From: Alkalispirochaeta sp.
GTDB lineage: Bacteria; Spirochaetota; Spirochaetia; DSM-27196; Alkalispirochaetaceae
Length of the DNA stretch: 64,000 nt
NCBI GenBank assembly: GCA_965242725.1
Contig: CBDESZ010000004.1
Location: 288,001 to 352,000, forward strand
Reading direction: 5' to 3'
Part shown: positions 10,616 through 19,786 of the stretch, in pieces
Layout of the letters: each line of letters opens with the position of its first letter
How positions within the stretch are numbered: the stretch's first letter is position 1
Notes under the pieces: model-generated
What the model was told of the DNA's origin: nothing
The model's input: only the letters and a program-made list of their open reading frames with translations
Databases searched by the model: none
Translations under genes and position numbers: made by a program

Positions 10616-11186
10616 GTGGGATTATTTAAAGGCATTCTATGTTTTGCCAATTCGTCCCTCGTTGACAGAACATATGGCGAGAGACGAAGTCAACAGAAGG
10701 CAATTATTCGTGGTGTATTTTTCTACAACCGTTTTATTGTCTTTGCTATTAAAGTTAGTAGCTCAGATTGTTATTCAACGACCTGTTTCGAGCTTCAGCT
10801 CAATTCACTACGCAGTTTACCTTTTTCGACATGTGCTTGTACTATCCTTTACCGATATCCTCTTCTATTTCGGGATTCAGTATGTCCTCAAAGGAGACAA
10901 GAATGAGGATTATCCTATCCTTGGCTTTACGACGATAACTTTAACAAATCTTCCAGTCGTCTTGGGCAGTTTCATTGTTAGTATTGTTACTGTTACTCCG
11001 TTATATCTATTATTAGTAATATGGAAATTCTATATAGTAAGGACGTTTGTCGGATTGGAGATTGAAGACAAACGTCAACTGAACGTAAGTACGGTGTTTC
11101 TCTTTTTGTATTACGCAATACTTTACTTCGTAATCTCTTGGGCGGTTGCATATTTATTAGTAACAGTCGGGAGAGTATCCACATAG
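10608..11186 (+). CDS. Multi-pass membrane protein (Yip1-like topology), putative immunity protein
   Basis: 192 aa, about 5 hydrophobic helices, very AT-rich. Confidence 0.6.
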   Translation: MIKWDYLKAFYVLPIRPSLTEHMARDEVNRRQLFVVYFSTTVLLSLLLKLVAQIVIQRPVSSFSSIHYAVYLFRHVLVLSFTDILFYFGIQYVLKGDKNEDYPILGFTTITLTNLPVVLGSFIVSIVTVTPLYLLLVIWKFYIVRTFVGLEIEDKRQLNVSTVFLFLYYAILYFVISWAVAYLLVTVGRVST

Positions 11187-11337
11187 GTGAGATGTTAAGA
11201 TGTCCCAATTGGTAAGTACGTGGATCGATCGATTAGTGCGACCACTGGAGCCGATGCGCGATGAGGTCCGACAGATGCCTCGAGAGTGATCCGGGACCGG
11301 GCTGGAGAATCCAGACGGTGACATATGTATGACTTCC

Positions 11338-11437
11338 CCTATCCGTCGGGGTAACTAAAAATACACCTACCGATCCGTGTACTTCTCACGGCATCGAGAC
11401 AAAACACGGCAGAACGCAAGTTCGATATTCATGATCC
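11338..11437 (+). repeat. Conserved non-coding leader, copy 2
   Basis: 81/100 identity to 7042-7141. Confidence 0.85.
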
Positions 11438-11441
11438 ATAA

Positions 11442-12114
11442 ACCGCCGGAAACGTCTATGAACGACACGTAATGGACCAGCGGGGAAATCTCCGGGCTAT
11501 CGACTATCCCGACGGCACGAGCGAGCGCTGGGAGTACAACGACCGGGGACTGGCGACGGTGTGGACGGACCGGCGAAACAACCGGACAACCTACGGCTAC
11601 GACGAGTATGGCTACCTGAAGAGCGTGACCGATCCGGGTGGAAGACCGGAACGGCGAGACGACAACCTTCACCTATGACAACCGGCACCTGTTGGTGGCG
11701 GTGACCAACGCGCTGAATGAGACGGTGAACTACGCCTACCGCGGCGACGGTCTGATGCGGGAGAAGGTGATAGACGGACGGAGTACCTACCGCTATGAGT
11801 ATGACGAGCGGGGCAACCTTCGCAGCCGGGAGCTGGTGGAGCTGGGAATCGTGACGAGCTATGCATACACCCTTCGGAACAACCTTGAGGTGGTGGAAGA
11901 TCCCCGGGGAATGCGTACCGTCTTTGGCTACGACGGTGCGGGACGGCTGGATTGGGTGCGTGACGCCCTGGGCCGGATCACGGCGGTGAGATACCCCAAC
12001 GGCCATGTGACGATACGGGAGCTGGATAAGATCGGACGGGTGTGGTTTGTCACCGATCCGGCGGGCTTCACTACGGGGTATCAGTACGATCATCTGGGAA
12101 CGGCAGGTGATCGA
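11442..12114 (+). pseudogene. Mosaic Rhs core remnant with internal deletions
   Basis: Consecutive matches to main-gene segments ~2530-2572, ~2815-2977, ~3153-3493 and ~3904-4025; frame break at ~11638; no toxin tip. Confidence 0.85.
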
Positions 12115-12197
12115 ATAACGGGGTTTCGAAAATGTCCGCAGTATGTCACACGATCCCACTCCCCCACGATACCTGTCGGTGATATACTGATATCGCT

Positions 12198-12785
12198 ATG
12201 TCACTGCCGAAAGCACAAGCCGGCGGCTATACCTACCGTGACTACAGGACATGGTCGGAAGACGAACGGTGGGAGCTGATTGACGGCGTTGCCTGGAGCA
12301 TGAGTCCCGCGCCGACACCGGAACACCAGACTATACTTGGGCGTCTCTTTAGAAAGATCGCGGATATTACCGACCGCACGGGGTGTATGACCCTGGTGGC
12401 GCCCCTGGACGTCCGCCTTTCCGACGATCCGTCAACGGACGAGGATGATGTGCCGACGGTGGTCCAGCCGGATATTTCCGTCTTCTGTGATCGGTCCCGC
12501 CTGGATGACAAAGGCGCCGGCGGCGCGCCGGACCTGATCGTGGAAATCCTCTCTCCATCCACCGGCTACAAGGATCAGACGACGAAGCTTGCCCTCTACG
12601 AACGCCACGGCGTGCGGGAGTTCTGGATCGTCAATGGTGATGCGGGATGGGTGATGGTCTATCGGCTGGAAGGAGACGGTCGCTACGGCAAGCCGGACTA
12701 CTACCACCGGGATGAAGCGGTCCGCAGTGACGTTCTCGGCGGTGCCGAAATCGATGCCGATTCTTTTCTGAAACCCCGGCCGTAG
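12198..12785 (+). CDS. Uma2 family (DUF820) PD-(D/E)XK endonuclease-like protein
   Basis: RWELIDG..MSPAP..HQ, VVQPDISV, APDLIVEILSPST, KLALYERHGVREFWIV. Confidence 0.9.
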   Translation: MSLPKAQAGGYTYRDYRTWSEDERWELIDGVAWSMSPAPTPEHQTILGRLFRKIADITDRTGCMTLVAPLDVRLSDDPSTDEDDVPTVVQPDISVFCDRSRLDDKGAGGAPDLIVEILSPSTGYKDQTTKLALYERHGVREFWIVNGDAGWVMVYRLEGDGRYGKPDYYHRDEAVRSDVLGGAEIDADSFLKPRP

Positions 12786-12816
12786 CCGTTCCGCCTATCA
12801 TTGCCTATGGGGTATA

Positions 12817-12975
12817 TCATCGCCGCGAATTGGCGCTGATAAAGAGGGCGGCAATCGCGCCGGGAACCCAGCCGGCGGCGGTGAGCAGCGCCACCAGCAG
12901 GATGGACCCGCACCCCTGGTCCAGTACCGCCAGAGGCGGAAAAATGATGCACAAAATGACTCTTCCCAGACTCAC
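12817..12975 (-). CDS. YqaE/Pmp3 family small membrane protein
   Basis: GGAGG RBS then GTG; ILCIIFPPLAV..GWVPGAIAA signature; 52 aa. Confidence 0.85.
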   Translation of the reverse strand: MSLGRVILCIIFPPLAVLDQGCGSILLVALLTAAGWVPGAIAALFISANSRR

Positions 12976-13195
12976 GACAGAACCTCCCGTTTGGACGATT
13001 GAAACCGCGAAAGTCGTTACTCGACGTAGAACGGTTTTCCCGGAATAGAACAGATGGTCATTGGTCAACACACCCTATTCCAATATCGGCGACTTGGTCA
13101 CTGGTTTTCGGCAACTGGTAGTGCCGGGACAAGCAGGCACGGTTCAGGACTGTTCCCAGGGCTATTAGCAATATGAAAGTATCGAAAAATATTTA

Positions 13196-13249
13196 TTGAC
13201 AATACGAAAGAGTGGCAGCATGTATATATACAATGTGTTTGTCAAACAC
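13196..13249 (+). promoter_or_regulatory. Sigma70-like promoter with palindromic operators
   Basis: TTGACA at 13196; perfect palindrome TGTATATATACA at 13221-13232; second dyad GTGTTTG-T-CAAACAC at 13235-13249. Confidence 0.55.
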
Positions 13250-13288
13250 CTGTCTCGGAAACAATCTAACTTTCAGTAGTACGGAGGG

Positions 13289-14644
13289 TTGATGGTCATG
13301 AAATCAACGTGGAAACGGTTGGTGTTGATCGGTGTGATGTTTTTCGTTGCGGGCGCGCTCTTTGCCGCAGACTTGTCGGAAATACAGGCACCCACGGGGT
13401 GGCGGGCGGTCGTATCGGTTGTTCCCCTTATAGTGATTCTTGGGTTGCTCTTCGCCCGGGTCCACATGCTTGTTGCCGGTCTCGTTGGTGGTGTATTGGC
13501 GATGATCATTGGAGGCATCGGTGTCGGCGGTGCCAACCAGTTCTTTTTACAGGCCTTGCCGACAATGCTTACCATCACCGTGCCGATTGTCAACTCGGCA
13601 ATCGCGATGGCGGTGTTCAAGTCGGGCGGGTATGCGACCTCCCTGACACTGGTACGACGTGGAATCGGTGGGCGGGTTGAGTACTTTGCAGCATTTATCG
13701 TCATCCTTCAGGCGGCGGCGACGTATATGTCCGGCATCGGTGGAGGCAGCGCCATGGTCATCGCCCCGCTGGCATTCGCGGCGGTCGGACCAATACCGGA
13801 GTTGATTGCGGGTATGGCTATTGCGGCGGCAGTCTCTTTTACAACCTCACCGGCGTCTCTTGAAACGGGTGTCGTCTCCCGCCTCGGCGGAATCGAGGTC
13901 GAAACATACGTATCAACGATGAGACCATATTGGCTGCTCTTTGTCGCCTTTGCCGTATTGCTTGCGTTTTTTGGTGCGAAACGACGGAAGGCGGTCTTTA
14001 CCGGCGAAGAGTCTGAGGAATTGAAAACGATGACCACCAAGGAACTCTGGCTCCACACCATACCGGCCATTTTTCTCCTTTTTGCGGTCGTTTTTGGTCC
14101 CGTCATCAACAAAGCCGTCGGGCTGCCGATTTTTGCACCCCTTGTTTACATGGTCGTCACGATCGGTCTTATCTTCTTCTTCACGAAACTGAATCTGGAA
14201 AAATCCGTTGAGGCGATGGTGGACGGTTCCAGCTATATCCTTGTGCGGTTGTTCGGTGTCGGTATCTTTCTGGGATTTATCAATATGATCGGTGACATAG
14301 GTGCCTTTGCGACGATCGTGAGCATGGCCCGGACCGCGCCGGTTGCCCTGATGGTTCCCGCTGCGGTACTCGCCGGATTTCTCGTTGGGGTCCCTGCAGG
14401 GGCGTACGTCGGATCGATTCTTGCTCTGGTACTTCCCATCGCGGTTGCCCTCAATTTCAGTCCCCTTGCCCTCGGTTTTGTCGTCGTCGGTGTCGGATTT
14501 GGCAGTCAGGTCAGTTTTGTGAATATCACGATGCAGGCGCTCTCGTCGGGTTTCCAGATCCCTATCATCGAGGTGGTAAAAGGAAACGCAAAGTGGGTTG
14601 GCCTCTGTACCATAGCCTTGTTGGCCATTTCATTTGTGGCATAG
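13289..14644 (+). CDS. Polytopic membrane transporter (permease), substrate unknown
   Basis: 451 aa, 11-13 Gly-rich hydrophobic helices; GGAGG RBS; co-oriented with the amidohydrolase. Confidence 0.75.
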   Translation: MMVMKSTWKRLVLIGVMFFVAGALFAADLSEIQAPTGWRAVVSVVPLIVILGLLFARVHMLVAGLVGGVLAMIIGGIGVGGANQFFLQALPTMLTITVPIVNSAIAMAVFKSGGYATSLTLVRRGIGGRVEYFAAFIVILQAAATYMSGIGGGSAMVIAPLAFAAVGPIPELIAGMAIAAAVSFTTSPASLETGVVSRLGGIEVETYVSTMRPYWLLFVAFAVLLAFFGAKRRKAVFTGEESEELKTMTTKELWLHTIPAIFLLFAVVFGPVINKAVGLPIFAPLVYMVVTIGLIFFFTKLNLEKSVEAMVDGSSYILVRLFGVGIFLGFINMIGDIGAFATIVSMARTAPVALMVPAAVLAGFLVGVPAGAYVGSILALVLPIAVALNFSPLALGFVVVGVGFGSQVSFVNITMQALSSGFQIPIIEVVKGNAKWVGLCTIALLAISFVA

Positions 14645-14663
14645 GGGATCAGGGAGGTTCACC

Positions 14664-15890
14664 ATGTACGATCTCTTGATTCGAAAAGCACGAATTGCCG
14701 ACGACAGACCGCCTGTGGATGTCGCCGTACGGGACGGAAAGATTTCGGCGATGGAACCGTCGATATCCGGCGACGCGACAACGGTCATTGATGCCGACGG
14801 AAAGGTGCTTATTCCCGGCCTGGTGGAGTCGCACATTCATCTCGACAAGGCGCTCATTGCGGATCGCAAGTTAAACAAGAGCGGCACTCTCAAAGAAGCG
14901 ATCGATGTGACGGCCGCACTCAAACCGACCTTCACCCGTGAGGACGTTGAAGAGCGGGCAACCCGGGTACTCAAGCTCCTGATCCAGAACGGCGTCACCC
15001 ACATCAGGACCCACTCAGAATTCGATCCCAGCGGCGGGTTTACGGGGTTCGAAGTGATTATGGAGTTGCGGGAACGCTTTAAAGGGATTTGCGATCTCCA
15101 GGTTGTTGCCTTTCCGCAGGAGGGGATAATAAAGGCGCCGGGGACGTTGGAAATGATGTACCAGGCGATGGATAAGGGCGCCGACGTCGTGGGCGGTATT
15201 CCCTATAACGATACCGATCCTCATGAACATACGGATATCGTCTTTGAAATCGCCGGAACGTACGATAAGCCGATCGACCTGCATCAGGATTTTAAAGACG
15301 ACGCGGACGCACTGACGATCGAATACATCTGCAAAAAGACGATCGAAACGGGCTGGCACGGGAGGGTGAGCGTCGGCCATCTTACCGCGTTGGGTGCATT
15401 GCCCCCGGAACGCCTGAAAGAGGTGATTGCATTGATGGCGGAAGCGCGCATCAACGTCATGACGTTGCCTGCAACGGATCTTCATCTCGGCGGTCGAGGT
15501 GATGCGTACAACATTCGACGGGCTATTACTCCCGTTCGAGCGCTGCGGGACGGAGGCGTCAACGTATGTATTGGCACCAACAATATCAGAAACGCCTTTA
15601 CCCCATATGGGAACGGTGATCCCTTCCTTACGGCCATGCTGTCGATAGCGGGCTCCCATCTCGGGGGTGCCGATGATCTTCGGACGGTACTGCCGATGAT
15701 GACCACAAATCCGGCGCGGGCATTGGCTCTTCCCGATTATGGGCTCAATGTGGGTTCTCCGGCGGATGCGGTTCTATTGAGCAGCAGAAAAGTAATGGAT
15801 GCCGTTATCGATCTGCCGACACGTGAGTACGTAATCAAGAACGGCAGGGTTATCGTTCATACCACAAAGACCGTTGACGAACGATATTAG
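14664..15890 (+). CDS. Metal-dependent amidohydrolase, cytosine deaminase (CodA/AtzC)-like
   Basis: PGLVESHIHLDK, LQVVAFPQEG, GADVVGGIP, IDLH, SVGH, NPARAL..G.PAD; RBS GGAGG. Confidence 0.85.
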   Translation: MYDLLIRKARIADDRPPVDVAVRDGKISAMEPSISGDATTVIDADGKVLIPGLVESHIHLDKALIADRKLNKSGTLKEAIDVTAALKPTFTREDVEERATRVLKLLIQNGVTHIRTHSEFDPSGGFTGFEVIMELRERFKGICDLQVVAFPQEGIIKAPGTLEMMYQAMDKGADVVGGIPYNDTDPHEHTDIVFEIAGTYDKPIDLHQDFKDDADALTIEYICKKTIETGWHGRVSVGHLTALGALPPERLKEVIALMAEARINVMTLPATDLHLGGRGDAYNIRRAITPVRALRDGGVNVCIGTNNIRNAFTPYGNGDPFLTAMLSIAGSHLGGADDLRTVLPMMTTNPARALALPDYGLNVGSPADAVLLSSRKVMDAVIDLPTREYVIKNGRVIVHTTKTVDERY

Positions 15891-15897
15891 TTTTCCC

Positions 15898-15951
15898 GCC
15901 GATACGGGAAATCGTATCGGCCGCGGGCATCACCACCTGGTGGTGCCCGCG
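15898..15951 (+). terminator. Tandem hairpins after the amidohydrolase
   Basis: GCCGATACG/CGTATCGGC and CGCGGGCATCACC/GGTGGTGCCCGCG stems. Confidence 0.55.
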
Positions 15952-16117
15952 TGTTCCAATCGTTAATGCGGTACTTTGACCGGCTGTTCACCTCAAATCG
16001 GTCGGAATCGTGTGCAATTCTTTATTATGGTCCCTGGTAGCGAGATAGTGCTCCTGCCTCGATACCCCCGCAACGGAACTTGTATCTCCCCGATGCAGTT
16101 CCTACAATTGAGATGGT

Positions 16118-17203
16118 ATGCAGAGATTACCCTTGTTGAATCGAAGAAAGACGACAAGCCGGGCACGGAAAGTAGGGCTTCCGCCGGGTTCCCTCGTCCA
16201 TACGGGGGAACAGAAGGTAGAGACGGTCAGACTCGCCGTGTTCCGATACGATCGGGACGCCAGTTCGGAAGAGCAGATCGATCCTCACAGCGCGTCGCTA
16301 CCGGTACCGGAGGAGGGGAGCGTTACGTGGCTGAATCTGGATGGTCTGCACGACATTGCGGTGATGGAACGTATCGGACACGCCTACCGTCTCCATCCGC
16401 TGTTGATGGAGGACGTCCTCAGTACGGGCAGCCGGCCGAAGTTTGAGGAGTATGACGGGCAGCTGTTTATCGTGGTCAAGATGATCAGTTTCAACGATGA
16501 GAGCCGTCGCACCGAGACGGAGCAGCTCTCTCTTCTTCTGGGAGAACATCTTGTCCTCTCCTTTCAGGAACGGGTGGGAGATGTGCTGGACTACGTCCGT
16601 GAACGCATCCGAAATGGACGGGGGCGGGTACGGAAGGAAACTGCCGACTACCTTGCCTATGCGCTGATTGACGCGGTGGTGGATAACTACTTTGTCGTTC
16701 TGGAGAAGATGGGAGACACCATCGACGAGCTGGAGGAGGAACTGATCGGTGATCCCGCTGAAAAGACGCTCCATCGAATCCATGAGCTGAAACGGGAACT
16801 GATCGATCTTCGCCGATCCGTCTGGCCCCTCCGGGAGGCGGTGAACGGCCTCGTGAAAAGTGAATCGCCTCTGATCTCTGATACGACCCGCATTTATCTC
16901 CGGGACGTCTACGACCACACGATTCAGGTTATCGATACCATCGAAAGCTATCGTGATATCGTCTCGGGCATGATCGATATTTATCTCTCAAGCGTATCCA
17001 ACCGGATGAATTCGGTGATGAAAGTCCTTACCATCATCGCCACACTCTTTATTCCCCTCACCTTTCTTGCCGGGATTTACGGCATGAACTTTCAATATAT
17101 GCCGGAACTTGCCATTCCATGGGCATATCCGGCGTTCTGGGTCATAAGTATCGTCGTATTTGTCAATATGGTGATCTTTTTTCGACGGAAGAAGTGGATA
17201 TAA
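16118..17203 (+). CDS. corA: Magnesium/cobalt transporter CorA
   Basis: YGMNF signature, MKVLTIIATLFIPLTFLAG, KVGLPPGSLV N-terminus. Confidence 0.95.
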   Translation: MQRLPLLNRRKTTSRARKVGLPPGSLVHTGEQKVETVRLAVFRYDRDASSEEQIDPHSASLPVPEEGSVTWLNLDGLHDIAVMERIGHAYRLHPLLMEDVLSTGSRPKFEEYDGQLFIVVKMISFNDESRRTETEQLSLLLGEHLVLSFQERVGDVLDYVRERIRNGRGRVRKETADYLAYALIDAVVDNYFVVLEKMGDTIDELEEELIGDPAEKTLHRIHELKRELIDLRRSVWPLREAVNGLVKSESPLISDTTRIYLRDVYDHTIQVIDTIESYRDIVSGMIDIYLSSVSNRMNSVMKVLTIIATLFIPLTFLAGIYGMNFQYMPELAIPWAYPAFWVISIVVFVNMVIFFRRKKWI

Positions 17204-17304
17204 GCGCCCCCCGGGCGTACCGATCCGGGTGGCTCGGTGGGCAGGTGTAAAAAGCCCCGCAGAACGCACGTTCGATATAGAAAAGATTGGAAAAAGAGGT
17301 CGCA

Positions 17305-17334
17305 TTGACACGGAGGGGGAGTTTTTCATACAAT
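17305..17334 (+). promoter_or_regulatory. Sigma70 promoter of rpsD
   Basis: TTGACA-18 nt-TACAAT, with an A-rich upstream tract. Confidence 0.75.
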
Positions 17335-17384
17335 CGCGCCTCTTAGCGTCCGTTGGTACGCTTTAGTTTCAAGGAGTTATGTGA

Positions 17385-17999
17385 ATGGCACGACCTACAA
17401 AAGCCCGAGGTAAGATGGCTCGCCATCTCGGCATCAATGTGTTTGGCAATCCCAAGTACGACCGTCTGCTCAAGAAAAAACCGTACGGACCGGGTGAACC
17501 GAAGAAAGGTCGCATTCGCGAGACTGAGTACGCACGTCAGCTTAAAGAGAAGCAGAAAGTCAAGTTTGCATACGGACTGTCGGAACGGCAGTTCCGGAAC
17601 CTCTTCTACAAGGCCAAGGCCATGAAGGGCGTTACCGGTGACAATATGCTGATCCTGCTTGAGCGGCGTCTGGACAACGTGGTGTATCGCATGGGAATGG
17701 CTGCAAGTCGACGTCAGTCACGTCAGCTTGTCGGTCACGGTCACATCTATCTCAACGGACGCAAAGTGACTATTCCCAGTGCTCTGGTACGCCCCGGCGA
17801 TGTGATTTCGGCAAAGGACAAGAAGTCCTCCGAGATGCTCATGCGCCGGCTCGTGTCCGAGAACTCTTCCCGGCCCGCTGCGCCGTGGATCGAGGTTTCT
17901 CAGGACGATCTCACCGGAAAGGTGACTGCCCTCCCGACGCGGGATATGATCCCGACCATCGCGGAAGAGCAGCTCATCGTCGAGTTCTACTCCAAGTAG
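17385..17999 (+). CDS. rpsD: 30S ribosomal protein S4
   Basis: QLKEKQKVKFAYG, LLERRLDNVVYRMG, RQLVGHGHI, QLIVEFYSK; AAGGAG RBS. Confidence 0.97.
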   Translation: MARPTKARGKMARHLGINVFGNPKYDRLLKKKPYGPGEPKKGRIRETEYARQLKEKQKVKFAYGLSERQFRNLFYKAKAMKGVTGDNMLILLERRLDNVVYRMGMAASRRQSRQLVGHGHIYLNGRKVTIPSALVRPGDVISAKDKKSSEMLMRRLVSENSSRPAAPWIEVSQDDLTGKVTALPTRDMIPTIAEEQLIVEFYSK

Positions 18000-18130
18000 G
18001 ACGATCCGTGCCTGGGGCGCCCCTGCGGGCGATCTCCGGTACAACGTACGCTCACGGGAGCGTGCACACGCAGACCATCAGCTTCTCGGAAGTTCGATGC
18101 CGTCCCGAAAGGACGGGGTTGCAGAGGGAG

Positions 18131-18163
18131 CGGAGTCGTATACGTACGGCTCCGTTTTTTTTT
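18131..18163 (+). terminator. Rho-independent terminator
   Basis: CGGAGTCGTA-TACG-TACGGCTCCG followed by a T9 run. Confidence 0.85.
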
Positions 18164-18227
18164 GACCGGCCGGCGGCGGCGAGCCTGTGGACTTGAAGCT
18201 TTTTCTTCCATCGCCGATATTCGATAT

Positions 18228-19505
18228 ATGCGTCCATTTCCCGTTATAAGTTCAGATACCGAGCTCAATGACCGTATTACCCGTATTTGCGCCAAGTTCG
18301 GTTCCGTATTTCGGCCGGTCTTTTTATCGACTATCGATGAGGCACTGGAGTATGTCCGCTACGAGCTGCCGGAGTTTCAGCTCATTCACCTCTCCGATGA
18401 GGCCGTCGACGGTTCCGACTTGATCGACGCGATCACCGAAGATCCCTGGCTCCACTACGGCGGTATTATCGGCGTCTATTCCCGGAAGGATACCAAAAAG
18501 GTTGATTCACTCCCGCGGCAGACCAATGTGGTAACGATGATAAAGAGGTCCGAATTTGTTGAGACGTTCTTCAGAGTCCTCGTCATCCTCCATCAGAATC
18601 GTCAGATTCTCTTTCAGCGGGACATCCAGCTCAACTTTCTCGGGATCATTAACGGCAGTTTTGAAATGGACAACGATCCCTTCAACGCCCGAACGTATGC
18701 GTCTCTGATGGCGAACTTCCTCTTCAACTCCAATTATGTCGACATCGAGGCGCGGGACCGTCTCCATGTGGCGCTCTTTGAGTTGATCATCAACGCCATC
18801 GAACATGGCAACTGCGGAATCACCTACGAAGAGAAGAGCGAGTATATCCGCCGTCACGGCGATATCGTTCCCCTGATCAGGGAGAAGTGCCGCGATCCCG
18901 AGATCCGGGATCGACGAGTAACGGTAACCTATCGCATCGCCCCGGAGGGATCACATTTTGAGATTCAGGATGAGGGCGAAGGGTTTGACTGGAAGCCGCG
19001 GCTCGATGAGAACGGTGTCAATATGGGGGCTCATGGACACGGCATTCGCATGACCCGTCATTACGTCGAGAATCTGCAGTATTCCGAAGTCGGGAACACC
19101 GTTTCCTTTGAGGTCACCCATCAGAAAGAGGCAAACGCCAGTCCGGGTATTTTTTCAGACCAGGATGCACTGGAATTCGGCGACGGCGAGGTGATTTTTC
19201 ATGAAGGGGAAGAATCAAACGACCTCTACTACATCGTTTCCGGAAAACTCGACATCATTGCGGCGGGGCGGCACGTCGCCACCCTCACGCCGGACGATAT
19301 CTTTCTTGGAGAGATGTCCTTTCTCCTCGGCAATCGACGGTCCGCCACCGTCGTCTCCCGGGGGAAGAGCCGGCTCATATGTGTGACCAAGAATGCCTTT
19401 GTGACGGGGATTCAGCGCCAGCCCCATTACGGGATATTTCTCGCGCGCCTTATCGCGCAGCGCCTGAACCGACTGAACCGTCAGGTGGTGGCGGAACACG
19501 GTTGA
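18228..19505 (+). CDS. Signalling protein: receiver-like + HATPase (anti-sigma-like) + cNMP-binding domain
   Basis: ELIINAIEHGN, IQDEGEGFDW, HGHGI; C-terminal IFHEGEE..LYYIVSG..FLGEMSFL..RSATV. Confidence 0.8.
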   Translation: MRPFPVISSDTELNDRITRICAKFGSVFRPVFLSTIDEALEYVRYELPEFQLIHLSDEAVDGSDLIDAITEDPWLHYGGIIGVYSRKDTKKVDSLPRQTNVVTMIKRSEFVETFFRVLVILHQNRQILFQRDIQLNFLGIINGSFEMDNDPFNARTYASLMANFLFNSNYVDIEARDRLHVALFELIINAIEHGNCGITYEEKSEYIRRHGDIVPLIREKCRDPEIRDRRVTVTYRIAPEGSHFEIQDEGEGFDWKPRLDENGVNMGAHGHGIRMTRHYVENLQYSEVGNTVSFEVTHQKEANASPGIFSDQDALEFGDGEVIFHEGEESNDLYYIVSGKLDIIAAGRHVATLTPDDIFLGEMSFLLGNRRSATVVSRGKSRLICVTKNAFVTGIQRQPHYGIFLARLIAQRLNRLNRQVVAEHG

Positions 19506-19527
19506 TTGCGTCACGCCGAAGCGGCGG

Positions 19528-19770
19528 TTACGCCTGTGCGGCGCTCTTTTCTTCCGCCCCGTTGTAATCCGCGCGATATCCGATGGCGCGAACAAACTCC
19601 GTTATTTTATCTACCGTCGCGGGATTTCCGTCGAAGTCCATATAGATCGTACCGGTCTGCCGATCCACCCAGATGTCTTCAACGCCTTTAATGCGCCGTC
19701 CCATATGTTCAATGCCGATTGAGCAGGATGTGCATGTCGCTCCGACCAGATCAAATGTTGCTCGTTTCAT
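19528..19770 (-). CDS. Heavy-metal-associated (HMA) domain protein, copper-chaperone-like
   Basis: GATCTSC motif, 80 aa, ending ..IGY. Confidence 0.8.
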   Translation of the reverse strand: MKRATFDLVGATCTSCSIGIEHMGRRIKGVEDIWVDRQTGTIYMDFDGNPATVDKITEFVRAIGYRADYNGAEEKSAAQA

Positions 19771-19786
19771 AGTTATAAATTACTAA

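Noticed and set aside
12198..12785. Uma2 nuclease as the cassette-shuffling enzyme or a defence gene
   Set aside because: Uma2 genes are common and scattered; only adjacency supports a link.
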